From Cetorhinus maximus (taxonomy: Eukaryota): a DNA stretch of 64,000 nt. Positions within the stretch are counted from its first letter, which is position 1; every line of letters starts with the position of its first letter. Made by a program: the position numbers and the translations under genes. The stretch covers positions 23,188,001 through 23,252,000 of the forward strand of contig NC_135901.1 of assembly GCF_964194155.1 (NCBI RefSeq), written 5' to 3'. Below are positions 38,044-50,981 of this stretch, one piece after another. The notes under the pieces were generated by a model, which made no database searches, had not been told where the DNA came from, and worked only from the letters and a program-made list of their open reading frames with translations.

Positions 38044-38674
38044 TCAATCACTGTAGTTACTATGAACTCCTTGGTGTCTCAGCAAATGGGATGGCTGACT
38101 GAATCCTTTCCCACACTTGGAGCAGGTGAACGGTCTCTCCCCAGTGTGAATTCGTTGATGTCTGAGAAGGCTAGATGACTGGGTGAATCCCTTCCCACAT
38201 TCTGAGCAGATAAATGGTCTCTCCCCATTGTGAACTCGCAGATGTGTCAGTAGGTCGGATGACCGAGTATATCCCTGCTCACACACGGAGCAGGCGAACG
38301 GCCTTTACCCAGTGTGAATTCGTTGGTGTCTCAGCAGGTAAGATGTCTGAGTGAATCCCTTCCCACACTCGGAGCAGGTGAATGGTGTCTCCCCTGTGTG
38401 ACTCCGTTGATGAGTTTCGAGCTGAGAAGGGAATATGAATCTTTTCCCACAATCCTCACAATTCCATGGCTTCTCCCCATTGTGACAATATTGTCTGAAG
38501 ACTCGTCCACACACAGAACACGTGTATGGTTTCTCTCCACTGTGAACGGTGCATTTTCCTTCCATGTCCAAAACCTGATGATATTTAGGTTCCAACAAAT
38601 TGGGTGACTCCGACAGATTCTGATTTGATGTTTGGTTTGAATTTCCCGACTGCAAATCCTCCCCTTCGAAGACC
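38044..38674 (-). pseudogene. C2H2 ZNF exon, 5 intact fingers plus 1 deleted, with one in-frame TAA at 38305-38307
   Basis: ORFs 38305-38730 and 38044-38286 are in the same frame; acceptor at 38675; Met at 38565. Confidence 0.8.
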
Positions 38675-39059
38675 CTGTGAAATTGATTTAAAACAGATGA
38701 AAGGGAGTGAGAGAGAACCCACAAAAACACAAAGGCAGGTTGTGAAATTGAGCTGAATGAATTTGGTAATTTGTGGGGCCGGCACTAGGAAAAAGTGACC
38801 ATGAAAACTGCTGGATTGTCAAAAAACCCAAATGGTTCACTAATGTCCTTCAAAGATGGGAATCTGCCACCTGATCTTGGTCTACACAAGAATCTGACCT
38901 CAATTGGAGGAGAGAGAGGGGGATGGGAGCAGCAAGGAGCAAAAGAGAGGGATTTTACATACATAAAATTCAACCAGATCCTCCACAACCTATAAGGACC
39001 AAAGGAGCAGGTGTGTGTGAACACCATCACGTTCAAGTTCTTCTCCAAGTCACACATCG

Positions 39060-39600
39060 TCCCGGCTTGACTGACATCCAGTACTGGATGAACAGGAATT
39101 TCCTCCCATTTAAATATTAGTAAGACTGAAGCCATGTCTTTAGTCCTAACTGCAAACTCCATTCCCGAGCCAATGACTCCATCCGGTCCATCTGTCTCCC
39201 TGGCTATCTACAGCTGAACCAGACTGTCACATTTAACCCCCAGCTGAACTTCCAACCACATATCTGTGCCATCTCGAACAGTGCCTATTTCTATCTTAGT
39301 CACATTGCTCAACTTTGCACCGTCTCAGCTCATGTTTCTGAAACTCTCATCCATTCTTTTGTTATCTCTAGACCTGGCTATTCTAACACACTTCTGGCTG
39401 GATTCTCACATTCAGCCCCTCAGACACTTGAGATTATCTAAATCTCTGCTGACTATGTCCTCTGCACTGAGTCCCACTCACTCACCCACCCATCACCCTG
39501 TCCTTGCTGACCTACATAAGCTCCTAGTTATGCAGCATCTAAATTTAGAATTCTCATCCTTCTTTTTGAATTCCTCCATGACTTTCCTTTCCCTATTTCC
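39060..39600 (+). mobile_element. L2 LINE 3' ORF2 fragment (intronic)
   Basis: Inverse paralog of ~57400-57870; L2-like CATCACCCTGTCCTTGCTGACCTACAT. Confidence 0.7.
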
Positions 39601-39879
39601 AGTTGCACAGATGTTTGAATCTATTGCCACAGGACAACATACATTCAGGTCCTGATGAATCGACTGTGCTGTCAGGTTTTGATGCGTTGCTTGGTTTGAG
39701 TTTCCTGCCTTCAAATCCTGGTCTTCTAATGACCTGTTCAAAAAAAAGTCACCACTGTCAGTCCAAGATTAAAAATTCAGAAGGGAAAAGCATTTCAATC
39801 TTTGATTTGAGTTTGCTGTGTGTAAATGCTCCCCTTCTAACCCCCTGTAAATTGAGTTTCCAAAATCCATCCCTGACAG

Positions 39880-40370
39880 TCCAGGGTAGAAATGCACAAT
39901 ATTCTCTCCTGCTGCTGACAGGACATGGATGACTGCGCATGCGCACCGCTGCACATTGCCCATATAAAGATGGCGGCCATTAATCTGAGTCTGTTGTCAG
40001 GTTCAGTCCCTCAGCTGCAGCTCCGTTTGATGGCAACGCAGGACACAGAGTTTCTTATTCGGATTTTGAGTTCTCCACTGCGTGTTTATGAAGCCTCCCC
40101 ACCCAGTCCACCACATTTACTGCCCTCCTACAATCGGCCGTTTCTTAGAGGCTGCGGCGTCAAGTTGACCGCCTCACTGAAAAGCCAGCACCAAATATGC
40201 GCATGCGCCTTTGGAATAGCGTTGCGCATGCTCCTGTATGAGACGGCAAGGCGCATGCTTACTCCACAACTCGCCACTGCGCCTGCGCGAGAGACTCCTG
40301 CAGTGAATTTGGGGCACGTTCTCTTTTGTCGCGAATGCTGGGTAAGAGCGTCGCCATTGAAAGGCAATGT
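39880..40370 (-). promoter_or_regulatory. Type-A ZNF promoter
   Basis: TACCCAGCATTCGCGACA (40344-40327), NRF1 palindromes TGCGCATGCGCA ~39934 and TGCGCATGCGC ~40198, YY1 AAGATGGCGGC ~39967. Confidence 0.75.
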
Positions 40371-40379
40371 TCAATAGAA

Positions 40380-41395
40380 AATTACCAACACGAATTGGGA
40401 GCAGGAGGTCCATTCGGACCTTCCAATCCGCTATTTAATAAGATATGATTTTGGCCTCAGCTCCAAATAAAAGGGGTCGCCCATTTAAAACAGAGATGAG
40501 ACGAATTATTTTTCACTCAGAGGGTCGTGAAGCTTTGGAACTCTCTTCCAGAAAGGCAGTGGAAGCAGAGACTTTGAATATTTTTAAGGCAGAGGTAAAT
40601 AGATCCTTAATAAGCAAGGGGGTGATAGGTTATCGGGGGTAGGTGGGATGCAGATTTCAGGTTACTATCAGATCAGCCATGGTCTTATTAAATGGTGGAG
40701 CAGGCTCGAGGGGCTGAATGGCCTACTGCAGCTCCTTGTTCATATGGTCATATGTTCTGCTTGCCCTGATAACCTTTGACCGCCTTGTCAATCAAGAATC
40801 TACCTCCACCTGCTTTAAAATATTCACTAACACTGCCTCCACTGCTCTCCGGGGAAGAGAGTTATAAAGATTCATGACCCGCTGAGAGAAAAAAATTCCA
40901 CCTCATCTCTGTCTTAAATGGGAGACCCCTTATTTTTAAACTGTGTCCCCTAGATCTAGTCTCTCCCACAAGGGAAAACATCCTTTTGGCATCCATCCTC
41001 TCAGGTCCCCTCAGGATCTTATATATTTCAATAAATTCACTTCTTAACGTTCAAAACTCCAATGGATACAGGCCCAGCCTGTCCAACCTTTCCTTGCAAG
41101 AAAGCACTACCGCCCATCAACCCCACCCACCCCCCGCTCCCCTCCCCCTCCCCCTCCCACTGCCCCACCATCCCAGGTATTAGTCTAGTGAACCTTCTCT
41201 GAACTTATTCTGTATTTATATCCTTTCTTAAACAAGGAGACGAAAACTGCATACAGTACTCTAGATGAGGTCTCACCAATGCCCTGTCCAAATGTAGCAC
41301 AACACCCCGACTTTTATATTCCATTTCCCTTGCAATAAACAGCAACTTTCAATTTGCCTTCCTTATCAATGGCTGTACCCGCATACTAATTTTAT
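40380..41395 (-). mobile_element. CR1 3' fragment containing an oppositely oriented CR1 3' fragment (40470-40755)
   Basis: Both align to the CR1 tail at 34903-35590. Confidence 0.8.
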
Positions 41396-41479
41396 GTACT
41401 AAAATTATGTTTTGCGATCAGATTACAATGGAGCCATAAGACAAAGATATAAAATTATTAAATCAATTAATACAACAAC

Positions 41480-41870
41480 CAAGTTGCACAGAACCTCCAC
41501 ATAGTTCTGTCCGATGTGTAAATAACAGAACAAACTCCTCTAGTTCGATGTGAACTTATTGGAATCTCAGCAGCTGGGGTGAACAAGTGATTTTCTGCTG
41601 ATACATGGAACAAGTGTCTTGCCAGAAATAATGTGTCAATTGTGGATCAAATCCATTGAACTTTTATCGCTGGAATGTTGATAGGTGTGGGATCAGTAAA
41701 TCCCATCATACATTTGATTAATCTTAGTGGTGTTTCTCCAGTGTGTCTGTGCTACTGTGTCAATAAATGGAATGACTGAGTGAATCCCTTCCAACTTTCA
41801 GCCTGTGAGCAAACTATTCATTGGTGTGATTTTACCCATAAGTTTCCAGTCAGACGGGGATCTCAACTCC
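41480..41870 (-). pseudogene. Fossil ZNF fragment
   Basis: TGACTGAGTGAATCCCTTCCAA and ACATGGAACAAGTG decayed finger sequence. Confidence 0.6.
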
Positions 41871-41911
41871 TCTGATAATGAGTTCCAGATTCTCAAATCT
41901 CTCCCTTAAAG

Positions 41912-42140
41912 AAAGGCAAAGTACTTCAGATGCTGGAAACCTGAAATAAAAACAGAAAATTCTGTGATTCTCAGCAGGTCTGGTAGCATTGTGGAGAGAA
42001 AACATAGTTTACATTTCAGGCCTGTGACCTTTCAAAACTGCACTGCATCAGTTCACAGAACTGAAACATTAACGATGTTTTCCAATCCACAGATGCTTCC
42101 AGATGTGGGATGTATTAGAAGCATTTTCTGTTTTTATACC
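41912..42140. mobile_element. Decayed palindromic Penelope-derived element
   Basis: Same inverted arrangement as 55369-55621. Confidence 0.65.
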
Positions 42141-42369
42141 TGGTTGCAGAAATTGCTCCTGATTTGCACATTAGAATTAATAGTGATTAACTTATATTTA
42201 TTATCATCTGTCCACAAGTGAAAGCATCTCCCACTTGTCTATCCTGTCGAACACTTTCATAATGTTAGAGTCCTCAATGAGGTCATCTCTCACTTTCCTT
42301 TCCAGAGAAAACATCTCCAATTTGTTCAATCTTTGTTGATTGGTATAACCTCCTCGTTCTCGCATCATT

Positions 42370-43030
42370 CCAGGAGATTTTGATGCAAGCACAGCAAATG
42401 CAGCAACCGCCTTTTCACCTCCTCCCTTTCCAGGTTCCAGGGCCTCAAATACACTTTCCGGTGATAGAATGATTTGCCAGCACTTCTTGCAATTTAGTAT
42501 CATGTATTCACTCTTCATGATGTGATTTCTCTACACTGAGGAGATAAATCAACATTGGATGATTGCTTTGCGGAACATCACCATTCAGTGTGCAAGTATG
42601 TTTCTGAGCATCTGGTAATTTGCTATTTTAATTCACCACCCCATTCCTGGTCTGACCTCTCTGTCTTCGGCCTCTGGAACTGTTCCTTTCAATCTTAATG
42701 GAAGCTCAGAGAAGAGAACCTCACCTGTCAATTCGCCATTTTATAACCTTCCAAACTCAACATTCATTTCAACAATTTCAGATATTTACCACTGCTCCCA
42801 TCTTTTCGGACAGTAGGTGCTGATAATGGTTTTGCTGTTACCATTTATGCCTTCTCTGGACCTGTCTTTTGTTTCATCTCTGGCTCATTAGTTACTTTCC
42901 TTGTCTCATTATCGCACAATTTTGTCTTGCACCATCATCACCTTTGTCATTTGATCTCTCTCTCTTCCATCATAACACAATGCTCATTGTTGCTCTCTAC
43001 CTCTCCTTTCCATGATTCTGTACTTGTTTG
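42370..43030 (+). mobile_element. Decayed Penelope fragment (GIY-YIG region and 3' UTR)
   Basis: Aligns to the reverse complement of ~51200-51870. Confidence 0.7.
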
Positions 43031-43039
43031 AAAAAAATT

Positions 43040-46000
43040 ATAGAATCACAGAATTATTACAGTGTAGAAGGAGGCCATTCGGCCCATCTTATCTGCACTG
43101 GCTCTCTGAGCATTTTCATTTAGTGCCAATCTCCTGCCTTTTCCCCATAACCCGGCACATTGTTTCTGTTTAGATAATCATCTAATACCCTCTTGAATGC
43201 CTCGATTGAACCTACTTCCACCACACTTCCAAGGCAGTGCATTCCAAACCATAACTGCTCGCTGTGTAAAAGAGTTTTTTCTCAGCTTGTATTTGCTTAT
43301 TTTGCAAAAGACTTTAAGACTGTGCCCTCTGGTTCTCGATCCATTTACGAGCAGGAACAGTATCTCCCTATCTACTCTCTCCAGGCCCCTCATTATTTTG
43401 AAAACTTCTATCAAGTCTCCCCTCAGTCTTCTCCCCTCCAAAGAAAACAGTTCCAACTTCTACAAACTTTCCTCATAACTGAAGTCTCATCCCTGGAACC
43501 ATTCTCGTTAACGTCTTCTGTACTCTCTCCAATGCGTTCACATCCTTCCTATAGTGTGATGCTCGGAACTGTACAAAATACTCCAGCTGAGGTCTAACCA
43601 GTGTCTTATATAAGTTCAACATAACCTCCCTGCTCTTGTACTCTATGCCCCTATTAATGAAGCCTAGAATACTATATGCTTTAGTATTCGCTCTCTCTAC
43701 ATGTCCTTCTACATTTAATGATTTATGTATATATACACCCAGGACTCTGATCCTGCACACTCTTTTAGAATAGTATACTTTATATTATTCTGTCTCTCCA
43801 TGCTCTTTGTACCAAAGTGTATCACCTCACACTTCTCTGCACTGAACTTCATCTGCCACCAATCTGCCCACTCCACCAATGTGTCAATGATCTTTTGCAG
43901 TTCTACATTGTCCTCCTCACAGTTTACAATTCTCCCAAGTTTTGTGTCATCCACAAACATTGAAATTGTCCCCTGCACACCAAGATCCAGATCATTTATA
44001 TATATCAAGAAGTCCCAATACCGACCCCTGGGGAACTCCATTACCAACCTTCTTCCAGCCTGAAAAATACCCATTAACCATTACCCTCTGTTTCCTGTCC
44101 CTCAGCCAATTTTGTAGCCACGTTGATACTGCCCCTTTTATTCCATGACCTATAGCTTTCCTCACAAGGTTGTTGTGTGGCACTACATCGAACGCCTATT
44201 GGAAGTCCATATACACATCAACGGCCTTGCCCTCATCAACCATCTCTGTTACCTCTTCAAAAAAAACTCTGGCAAATTAGTTAGACACGAGTTTTCTTTA
44301 ACAAATCCATGCTGACTCTTCCGAATCAATCCAAATTTTTCCATGTGACTATTCATTCTATCCCGAATAATTGTTTCTAGAAGTTTCTCCACCACCAAAG
44401 TTAAACTGACTGGTCTGTAAATGCAGGGCAGATCTTTACAACCTTTTTTGAACACGGGCGTAATGTTTGCAATTCCCCTGTCCTCTGGCACCTCCACTGA
44501 GCCTAAGGAAGACTGAAACATTATGGCCAGTGCCTCTAGAATCTCACTTCCTTCAATATTCTTGGCTGCATCTCATCTGGTCCCAGTGCCTTATCAACTT
44601 TAAGTACCAACAGCTTATCCAATATTTCCTCCTTATCAATTTTAAACCCTTCCAGTGACTGAGTTTCCTCCTCTGTCACCATGGCCTGGGCAACATCTAC
44701 CTCGTAGGTAAAGGCAGCAGCAAAGTATTAATTTAACACCTCAGGCATGCCTCTTGCCTCTATGTGTAAATCCCCTTTTTGCTTCCAGTCGGCCCTACTC
44801 CTCCTTTTACCACCCTTTTACTGTTGATGTGTTCGTAGAATACTTTGGGATTTCATTTTATGCTAGCTGCCAGTCTCTTTATAATCCTTCTTTGCTTCTC
44901 ATATTTGCTTTTTCACATCCTTTCTGAACCTTCTGTATTCAGCTTGGTTCTCAATTCTATTTGCTACCCGACACCTGTCGTAACTTCTTCTTTAACTTAA
45001 TTTCTATCTCCTTTGTGATCCAGGGAGCTCTGGATTTGTTTGTTCTACCCTTCCCTTTTGAGGAAACATACCCAAACCATCTCCTCTTTGAAGGTAGCCC
45101 ACTGTTTTCCCGCCAACCTTTGGTTCCAGTCAATCTGGCACCGCTCAGTTCTTGCCCCATTGAAGTCTGCTCTCTGCCAATTGATTATTCTTATTCTGGA
45201 TTGACCAATATCCTTTTCCACCATAATCATAAACTTTCTAATACAATGATCACTGTCCCCTAAATGTTCCCCCATTGTCACTTGATCTACTTGGCCCACC
45301 TCATTCCCAAGAACCAGATCCAGCAGTGCCTCCTTTCTTGTTGCACTGGACACATACTGCTAAAGGAAATTCTCCTGAACACAATCTAGGAACACTTGTC
45401 CCCCACTGCTCCTTGCACTGCCACTATCCCAGTCTACATACGCATAATTAAAGTCCCCCATTATAACAACTCTATAATGTTTACACCTCTCTGTAATTTC
45501 TTTGCAGATTTGTTCCACTATATCCTTTCCGCTAGCTGGTGGTCTATACATTACACCGAGCAATGTAATTGCACACTCCATATTCTTTAGCTCTAGCCAA
45601 ATCGATTCTGTCCTTGAATCCTCTGACACATCCTTTTTCTCCAGTACTGCAATATGCTCCTTAACCAAAAATGCCACTCGTTCTCCTCCTTTTTTCCCTT
45701 TCCTATCTTTTCTGAATACTTTGTAACCAGGAGTACTTATCACGCAGATCTGCCCTTCCTTAAGCCAGGTCTCCATTATCACCACAACATCATAATCCCA
45801 CAAGGCAATCTCTGCCTATAAGACCCCAATTTTATTAACTGTACTCCGTGCATTCACATATATGCAGTGTAACCCTGATTTCGACTCCATTACTTGCTCC
45901 TTTACTCCAACACCATTATTAACTTGCTATTCTCTATTTTAGTGCTATCTGCCTCTCCCAACATTCCGTACACACTGGCATTCCTCTCTAATATTCTCTC

Positions 46001-47230
46001 CTGGTTCCCACACCCCTGCTGAGTTAGTTTAAACCCTCCCTAACAGCACCCGCAAAACAACCCGCAAGGAACTCAGCCCCGGCTCTGTTCAGATGCAACC
46101 CATCCGGCTTGTACAGGTGTCATCTCTGCCAGAGCTTGTCCCAGTGTCCCAGGAATCTATAGCTCTCCCTCCTGCACCATCTTTCCAGCCACGCATTCAC
46201 CTGTCTTATCTCTTTGTTTCTGTACTCACTTGCATATGGCACAGGGAGTGATCCAGAGATTACTACTTTAGAGGTCCTGCTTGCTAATTTTCTACCTAGT
46301 TCCCCAAATTCCGGTTGCAGGACCACATCCCCCTTCCTACCTATGTCATTAGTACCACCGTGGCCACGACCTCTGGCTGTTCGCCCTCCCCCTCAAGAAT
46401 GTCCTGCAGCCGCTCTGTGACATCCTTGACCCGAGCACCAGGGAGGCAACAAACCATCCTGGAGTCATGTTGACGGTCGCAGAAACGCCTGTCTGCTCCC
46501 CTAACTAGAGAACCCCCTATCAGTACTGCTCTTCTGCTCTTCTTCCTCTCGTCCTGTAGAGCTGGGCCACCCGTGGTGGCACGGACTTGGCTCTTGCTGT
46601 ACTCCTCCAAGGATCCATTGCCCTCCAGATATCCAGAATGGAAAACTGGTTAGTGAACGGGACCTCTGGCGACTCCTGCACTGCCTGCCCATTTCTCTTA
46701 GACTGCCTGGTGGTCACCCATTCCCTATCTGCCTGCTTGCCCCTAACTTGCGGTGTGACCATCTCTCTGAACGTGGTATCCACGGAGTTCTCTGCCTCAC
46801 GGACGGTGACTCCAACCACTGCTCAAGCTCTGAAACACAGAGCTCAAGCTTGTGCAGCCGGTGACACTTGCTGCACATGGGCTCGTCTGGGTCACGAGAA
46901 GTGTCCACAACTCCCCACATGCCACAGGACGGGCATTCCACTTTTCTGAGCTGTCCTGCCATGCCTTAAACTTTTAAATCACAAACTTTTAAATCTTACT
47001 TAATAAACCTTACCAAAAAGTACAGTTCTTACTTTATTCTAAATCTTAGACATATAATAAACCTTAAACATTTATGAAGATACTCACCAGATACTCAGCA
47101 AGTAGCCAGCTTCTTCTCCAACCAATCAAATTGCTTCTTTCCTGTGATGTCACAATGTGTTTTTTTTCACTCTCCTTTTGAACTCAGCGCCGGCCGGTTC
47201 CGAGCAGCTGACAGCTCCACCTCTCCCACT
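43040..47230 (-). mobile_element. CR1 LINE, essentially full-length and decayed (ORF1 Zn-finger/zipper + esterase; ORF2 APE + RT)
   Basis: MAGQLRKVECPSCGMW..CSKC..LELCVSELE (46962), IGGSLVRGADRRFC, ETWL, YRPP, GDFN, SDH, VDDTK, RPQLEY. Confidence 0.95.
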
Positions 47231-47624
47231 GCACTTCGCCAAGGTGAAGAATCTCCAAAACTCTTCCAGTTTGGGTAAAGGGTCACTGACCAGAAACATT
47301 CACTCTGTTTCCCTCTTCATAGATACGGTTTAACCTGCTTGGTTTCCGACATTTTCTTGTTTGAGTTTGGATTTCCAGCATATGCCATATTTTGAGTCAC
47401 TGTGGATCAGTTTTCTTTCACTTAATGTGAGCTTTTCAAGCTTCAATTGAGCAAACATTCACAAGATACACAATGAACAATAGAAATGGTTACGTCTTAG
47501 GAGGCCATTTGATCCACCTTATCCATGCTGGCAGGAAAAGAGCAACGCATTCTAAATTCTTCCTCCATAGGTCTGTAGGTTATGGCACCTCAAATGTTTT
47601 CCCAAGTTGAATTGTTTGTTTTGC

Positions 47625-47790
47625 TGTGACTCTGTTGATAGCACGTTCACCTCTATGTGGGAAGGTTATGAGGTCAATTCCCATGGTTAAGACTTTGAGA
47701 ACATCAATCGAGGTTAACACGCCCCAGAGGACTGAGAGAGTCTTGCACTGTCAGAGGTGCTGTCCTTTGCTTGAGACTTTAAACCGAGAC
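47625..47790 (+). mobile_element. Deu-SINE 5' fragment
   Basis: ACTGAGAGAGTCTTGCACTGTCAGAGGTGC matches 23052-23082. Confidence 0.55.
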
Positions 47791-47924
47791 TTTAAACCAC
47801 AACAACAGCATTCGGGAAACTTCAATGATGTATGGAGCACAAAAGGAAAGAGAGAGGCCAGGAGCTGTGCTGAGGGGGTGAGGAGCAGGTAGCCAAGAAT
47901 GTGCACTCGACACCAAAGCTCTTC

Positions 47925-48985
47925 AGCCAGTGCTGTTAGGAAGAGAGTTCCAGGAATTTGACCCAATGACAGTGAAGGAATGGCGATATATTTCCAAGTC
48001 AGGATGGTGAGTGACTTGGAGGGGAACTTCCAGGTGGTGGTGTTCCCATCTATCTGCTGCCCTTGTCCTTCTAGATGGCAGTGGTCATGGGTTTGGAAAG
48101 TTCTGTCGAAATGCCTTGGTGAATTCCTGCAGTGCGTTTTGTAGATGGTACATACTGCTGCTATTGTGCATCGTTGGTGGAGGGAGTGAATATTTGTGGA
48201 TATGGGCCAATCAAGTGAGCTGCTTTGTCCTGGGTGGTGTCAAGCTTCTTGAGTGCTGTGGGAACTGCACATCCAGGCAAGTGAAGAGTATTCTATCACA
48301 CTCCTGACTTGTGCCTTGTAGATGATGGACAGGCTTTGGAGAGTCAGGAGGTGAGTTACTCATCGCATGATTCCTGCTCTGGCTACAATATTTATATGGC
48401 TATTCCAGTTCAGTTTATGGTTAATGGCAACCCCCAGGACGTTGATAATGGGGGATTCAGTGATGGTAATACAACATCAAGGGGCGATAGTCGGATTCTT
48501 TCTTGGTGCTGAACATTGTGCAATCATCAGCGAACATCCCCCCTTTTGACATTATGATGGAAGGAATCTCAATGATGAAGCAGCTGAAGGTGGTTGGGCC
48601 TTGGACACTACCATGAGGAACTCATGCAGTGATGTCCCAGAGCTGAGATGACTGACCTCGAAAAGCCACAACCATCTTCCTATGTGCTAGGTATGACTCC
48701 AACCAGCGGAGAGTTTTCCCCATGATTCCCATTGACTCCAGTTTTGCTGGGCGTCCTCACTCGGTCAAATGCTGCCGTGATGTCAAGGGCAGTCACTCTC
48801 ACCTCACCTCGGGAGTTCAGCTGTTTTGTCCATGTTTGAACCAAGGTTGTACTGAGGTCAGGAGCCAAATGGTCCTGGTGGAACCCAAACTTGGCGTCAG
48901 TGAACAGGTTATAGCTAAGCAAGTGCCACTTGATTGCACTGTTGATGACCCCTTCCATTACTTTACACATGATGGAGAGTAGACT
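47925..48985 (-). mobile_element. LINE family B RT fragment
   Basis: FGFHQDH..VTALDITAAFDRV; colinear with 53490-54680. Confidence 0.85.
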
Positions 48986-49579
48986 GCTTCATGACACATC
49001 TAATATCCTTATTAACTCTGGGAAGAAAATCGGTCTGGGCGGGTAGGATGTAGATGGGAAACGTATAATGAAAAAGGATAGTGAAGAAAAATGAGCTAAA
49101 ATAGAAGTAAGAAATAACAAGGGGGTCAACTGGATGCAGAAGCAGTAGAAACAAAGCTCAGAAATAAGAAATACTGATTATTAAAGTTGTTGGAATAATT
49201 CTGCCTGGGAAACAATCAGCATCAAGACCTTCAACTGAAATAAATGTGTGTGATATAGCAGACATCAAGTCTATTCCTAACAGATCTACCAAGGCACAGA
49301 TCAAGCTGAGCCAGATAATCTACTATTTTACATTCAGAGGAGTGATGTACAATTATGTTGGTAAAATATGTGCATTCCCAATTTTCTTGTATGGAAATTA
49401 GAGCAAAATTATACCAAATGAGAGACACAAGCACAGACTGTGTTAACATGGGGATTGTTAACTCTCATGTGAAGCATCTCAGGACATTTTTATTACATTA
49501 AAGGTGCTGTATAAATGCAAGCTGTTGTTGTCTACTTTAAGGAGCGATTCCATTACCAGTCTAAGCTGAAAAACTATGA

Positions 49580-50420
49580 TGCTGTGGCACCAGGGAGAGG
49601 ATCTTTATTGGCTGAGAGTGGAAAAGGATTCACTTGGTCATCCCATTTAGTGACACAGCAACACAGTCACAATGGATACACTGCTCAGGTATTTCATGAG
49701 TGCAAGAGGGTTTACTCAGTTTTCCCAACAACTTTGAAAGTTCACATAATTGCTCTGGAGAGAGTCTAGAGGAGATTTACAAGAAAGTTGCCGGGGCTTG
49801 AAAATTGCAGCTGAGGAGATATTGGATAGGCTGGGCTTGTTTTCCTTAGAACAGAGGAGGCTAATTAGAGGTGACCCAATTAAGGTGTACAAAATTTTGA
49901 GGAGTCGAGATAGAGTAGACAGGAAAATCTTGTTTCCCCCGGCTGAGGGGTTAATTGTCAGGCAGCATAGATTTAAGGTGATTGGGAGAAGGATTAGTGG
50001 GGATATGAGGAAAAACCTTTTTCACCCAGAGGGCAGTGTGCATCTGGAATTCACTACCTAAGTTGGGAGTTGACGCTAAAATGCTCAACTCATTTAAAAG
50101 TTATTTGGATCTGCATCTGAAGTGTTGGAACATGCAAGGACACGGACCAGGTTCTGGAAAGTGGAATTAAAATGAGTGGCTGGTTTCCTTTTCTCTTTTT
50201 TGGACGGCACAGATACAGTGGGCTGAATGGCCTCTTTCTGCACCATAACTGTTTTTATGGTTCTAAAGGATTTGATGGATGCAGCACATTCATACCAGAG
50301 AGAGACTGTTTAAATGTTCTCTGTGTGTGGGCAGTGATTCACTTGTTTTTCCCACCAGCTGAGACACCAGTGAGTTTACGTGACTGCAGGGGTTGGATTC
50401 TGCCGTTTTTGCTGCTGTTC
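49580..50420 (+). pseudogene. Fossil ZNF fragment split by a CR1 3' fragment (49745-50265)
   Basis: ESGKGFTWSSHLVTQQHSH, then GAGACACCAGTGAGTTTACGTGACTGCAGGGGTTGGATTCTGC. Confidence 0.65.
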
Positions 50421-50579
50421 TCCTTCTTTCCGGTGGATAATGGAGAGCCCATGCAGTTGGCTTTCAGTATAATTTGTTCTTTAACTTTATTATTGGCCTC
50501 TCCGGCCCCAGTCTCCACTCTGCAACAGGGAAACAAATCAGGATATCCTACTTTGTTCTTTCAACTTGAGAGGGGGGGG

Positions 50580-50981
50580 GAGGTTACCCAGCATTCGCCG
50601 CGGAAGAGAATGTCCCCTATGCACACAACAGGAGGTCAGTGCGCAGGCGCAGTGTCCGAGCATGCGCGGAGCGAATAATGGCGATATATAGAAGCTTCTT
50701 TGTTGGGTCCGCGATCAGTAAAGCTGGATGGAGGGATGGGTGGAGCGATGGACCCGGACAGTGGACCGAAAGATTTTTTAAAATATGTTATGTAAGCTTC
50801 AGACTGCCGAACTCGAAGCTGCCGGTCCCCGTTTACAAGAGTAGGGATAAAGCTGAGGGGCTTCTGCTGCTGCAAAGCGAGGTTAACGGCCGCCATGTTG
50901 ATCAGTGGCAATGTGCAGCAGAGCGCATGCGCGGCCATCGTTGTCCCTGTCAGCAGGAGGAGAGAATGTTGTGAATTTCTA
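50580..50981 (+). promoter_or_regulatory. Type-A ZNF promoter
   Basis: TACCCAGCATTCGCCGCG 50585-50602, TGCGCAGGCGCA, GCCGCCATG, GCGCATGCGC ~50923. Confidence 0.75.
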
